Assembly: GCA_965202585.1 (NCBI GenBank)
Contig: OZ241829.1
Coordinates: 22,134,001 to 22,198,000 of the forward strand
Direction: 5' to 3'
Length of the DNA: 64,000 bases
Source: Thalia democratica
Taxonomy: Eukaryota
Shown here one piece after another: positions 61,619 to 64,000 of the stretch. The notes beneath the pieces were generated by a model. The model saw only the letters and a list, made by a program, of their open reading frames with translations. It was not told where the DNA came from and ran no database searches. Each line of letters opens with the position of its first letter. The stretch's first letter is position 1. A program made the translations under genes and the position numbers.

Positions 61619-62036
61619 GTGAGTTGGATTGATACTTATGCAAAAACTATTAGTAGAAAAATATTAACAGGAGTACTTTGTAATTAAGTATTAAGATCAT
61701 GCGGGGACATTGAGTAAGTTAATCAGTATGTACTGTGCATTTGTACTTATTAGGAGCAGGAGTACTTCGTGATCAAGTATCAGGACCACGCGAGGACGCT
61801 GAGTTAGTTGGAAAATTTACATAACTTGAACAGAAATTCAAATAGCATGCTATAGCAACTAACAGTTTGTACTTGATACATTAGTTACTTGAAATAGTCC
61901 AGTAGAGATGTAGTAAAAAATAAAGTTTATATTGGGTAAGGTGTTCGTAACTTTTGATAATTAAAACTTGTTGCTTATGCTTAAAAATGCTTTAAAACCA
62001 AAACTTGCTCAACTACTTCACCTTATCACTGTAGAC

Positions 62037-62231
62037 ACAGGTTTCCCAAAGTGGGCAATGTCACATACTCAATAATTTCCCATGGTGATTTTGGTTATTG
62101 GGAAGCGTTAATAAGTAAGTTGGCAATAAAGTTAATGGGTAACCAACTATTAAAAGGGTGACTTCTGATAAATATTGGCGATTGCTTTTTAAACTTCTAA
62201 AAAGGGGCTAAAAAGAGTTTGGTAAGCTCTA
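62037..62231. mobile_element. hAT-type MITE in STAT intron 4
   Basis: Perfect 8-bp TSD CTGTAGAC (62029-62036, 62232-62239); termini acaggtttcccaaa / tttggtaagctcta. Confidence 0.75.
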
Positions 62232-64000
62232 CTGTAGACTCAACAAAAATTAATACTTTTTTTTGGAACAAGAAATTAATTAAAATAAAGCTGTATTGCT
62301 CTATAAATGTTTAAAAAATATTTAAGAACTATGAATACTAAAAATGGTTTTTAATCGAAGTGTTCAAGAATTTCTATAAGCTAGTATTTTCTTTCGTTTT
62401 TTGATAACAATTGTTGTGTCTACAAGTTCTAACACAGTGTTAAACATCTTAAAATAAGTAATGTTCGTTTTAAAACAGTACAGCTAAAAAGGTGTAAAAG
62501 TTGTAAACCGTGTATTAAAAATAAAAAGAATTGAAAACAATGGTTAGCGTAGAAAGTTTAATTTAAAACTGCGTCATTGTAATTTATAAAACAATGTTGT
62601 TCGAGCTACTGTATCTATTTTTACAAAAAAGTTATAAAACTAAATAACTTTGGTAAGTAGTATTGTAAGATAAACGATAAAAATGTGAGCTTGATACCGT
62701 AAACGTTTTTGACAATTGCTTTTAGTACGTGCGTATATTTATAATTGTAATTAGATTTATCTGAAGCTAGAACTGAATGCTTGAAGCTGATATCAGCTCA
62801 AGTGTTTCATTTAAAATCTATGCCGTAATAACTTTTGTAAAATAAATGATGTTTTAAGAAAAACGCATTAAAATAGATACAAAAATTTCATAGATACTTA
62901 AATTTTTTAATTAGTAAAGCACATTTGTTTAAAAAAAACTCACTATTATTTTTTTAATTCAAAGCTACTATATTAAGCCAATCACAACTTTTGAAATCCA
63001 ACTATGATAAATATTTTAGAAAAATCTTGTATAAAACTCCGTTAAAAGTAAATTTTTGGGTATGTTTTAATAAATACTACTAAAAATCTTTTATGGCCGA
63101 TAACGTTGAAAAGCTCATAATAACTTTATCAAGCACTATTTAACCGTTATCCATCATCAATTAAACAACCTCAAAGATAAAGTTGTTTTTTTCAATGTTT
63201 TTATCACTGAAATAATAATGGAAATATCTACTTTGTAGTAATACCCACTTTAAACAGGTTATAGTAATTTCAAATGGTTTACAATAAACGCAATAAATAA
63301 TTAAACAAGTCGCTGCTACACACAACTGTTTTGTGTTTTAAATGAAAACAAAATATTTTAAAGGATTTTTATTCTGTTTTGTAACATCCTGTTTTAGTAC
63401 GCGAAATTTTGACAGATAGCATTTAACGAGCGATTAAAAAAGATTTATTTTGTCGATATTCAAAACAACAAAATATGATTTTATTTGAGATAAAAGTATT
63501 TATAGAGTTGTGGTTTTCCTATTTGTGTTAAAAAATATCGCTTTATCATTACCACAATAAGTTTATTAGGTAATACAGTGTTTTTAAGACTGTTGAAAAT
63601 ACAGTCAACTGATTTACTTATTGAACAGTAATAATGTAAGCTACAAAGTTTAAATAGTAATAAAAATAATCTTTAGTTTCGATTAAGTTTATAATTTATA
63701 CAAACAATTTTTGTTTACTATGCCTACTTACAGTAATCAACTCTTATAAAGTTAAAAGTTTTATTTTATTGTTCATTTTTTTAGAAGCTTATAATTGAGC
63801 GAACAAATACAAAAATAACGTTTCTTTGTCAATTGCAGCACCAATCAAACTTATTTTTTTATATAATAGTTAATATCAGGATCGAAATTTAAATGAGGTT
63901 TTTCTACATTTTCACATAACAATTAATCAATCAATTTTTTTTTCATTCGACTTTTACTTTAGAAGTATTTGATTCTTTTGTTAGCTTTAATGGGTCAAAT

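Noticed and set aside
62785-62798. 14-bp palindrome agctgatatcagct
   Set aside because: A single short palindrome without context; compatible with chance in 64 kb.
1-64000. CRISPR arrays, rRNA or tRNA genes, prokaryotic systems
   Set aside because: None seen. The DNA is eukaryotic with spliceosomal introns, and the ~15-nt tandem units at 53-56 kb have no unique spacers.

Overview
AT-rich animal (invertebrate-like) genomic DNA with spliced genes whose exons are much more GC-rich than the introns. I reconstructed by hand three complete minus-strand genes in tandem: NSA2 (5 exons, 260 aa), PPP6C (6 exons, 303 aa) and PAT1/PATL1 (20 coding exons, 941 aa). The plus strand carries a 60-aa glycine-zipper microprotein ORF and the first four coding exons of a STAT5-like gene that runs off the right edge. 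Intergenic and intronic DNA holds many non-autonomous DNA transposons (hAT-type with 8-bp TSDs, a Tc1/mariner-type MITE, foldback elements, one nested set) and traces of an old ~6.5-kb tandem duplication in the first 10 kb. The most unusual signal is that all four conserved genes have 'echoes' of their own exon edges (exon end plus splice site) repeated 30-550 nt away in the adjacent intron. Several echoes differ from the live exon mainly at silent third-codon positions, and neighbouring exons differ sharply in GC3. The species cannot be determined from the sequence alone. All coordinates and counts were done by eye and may be off by a few bases for repeats.
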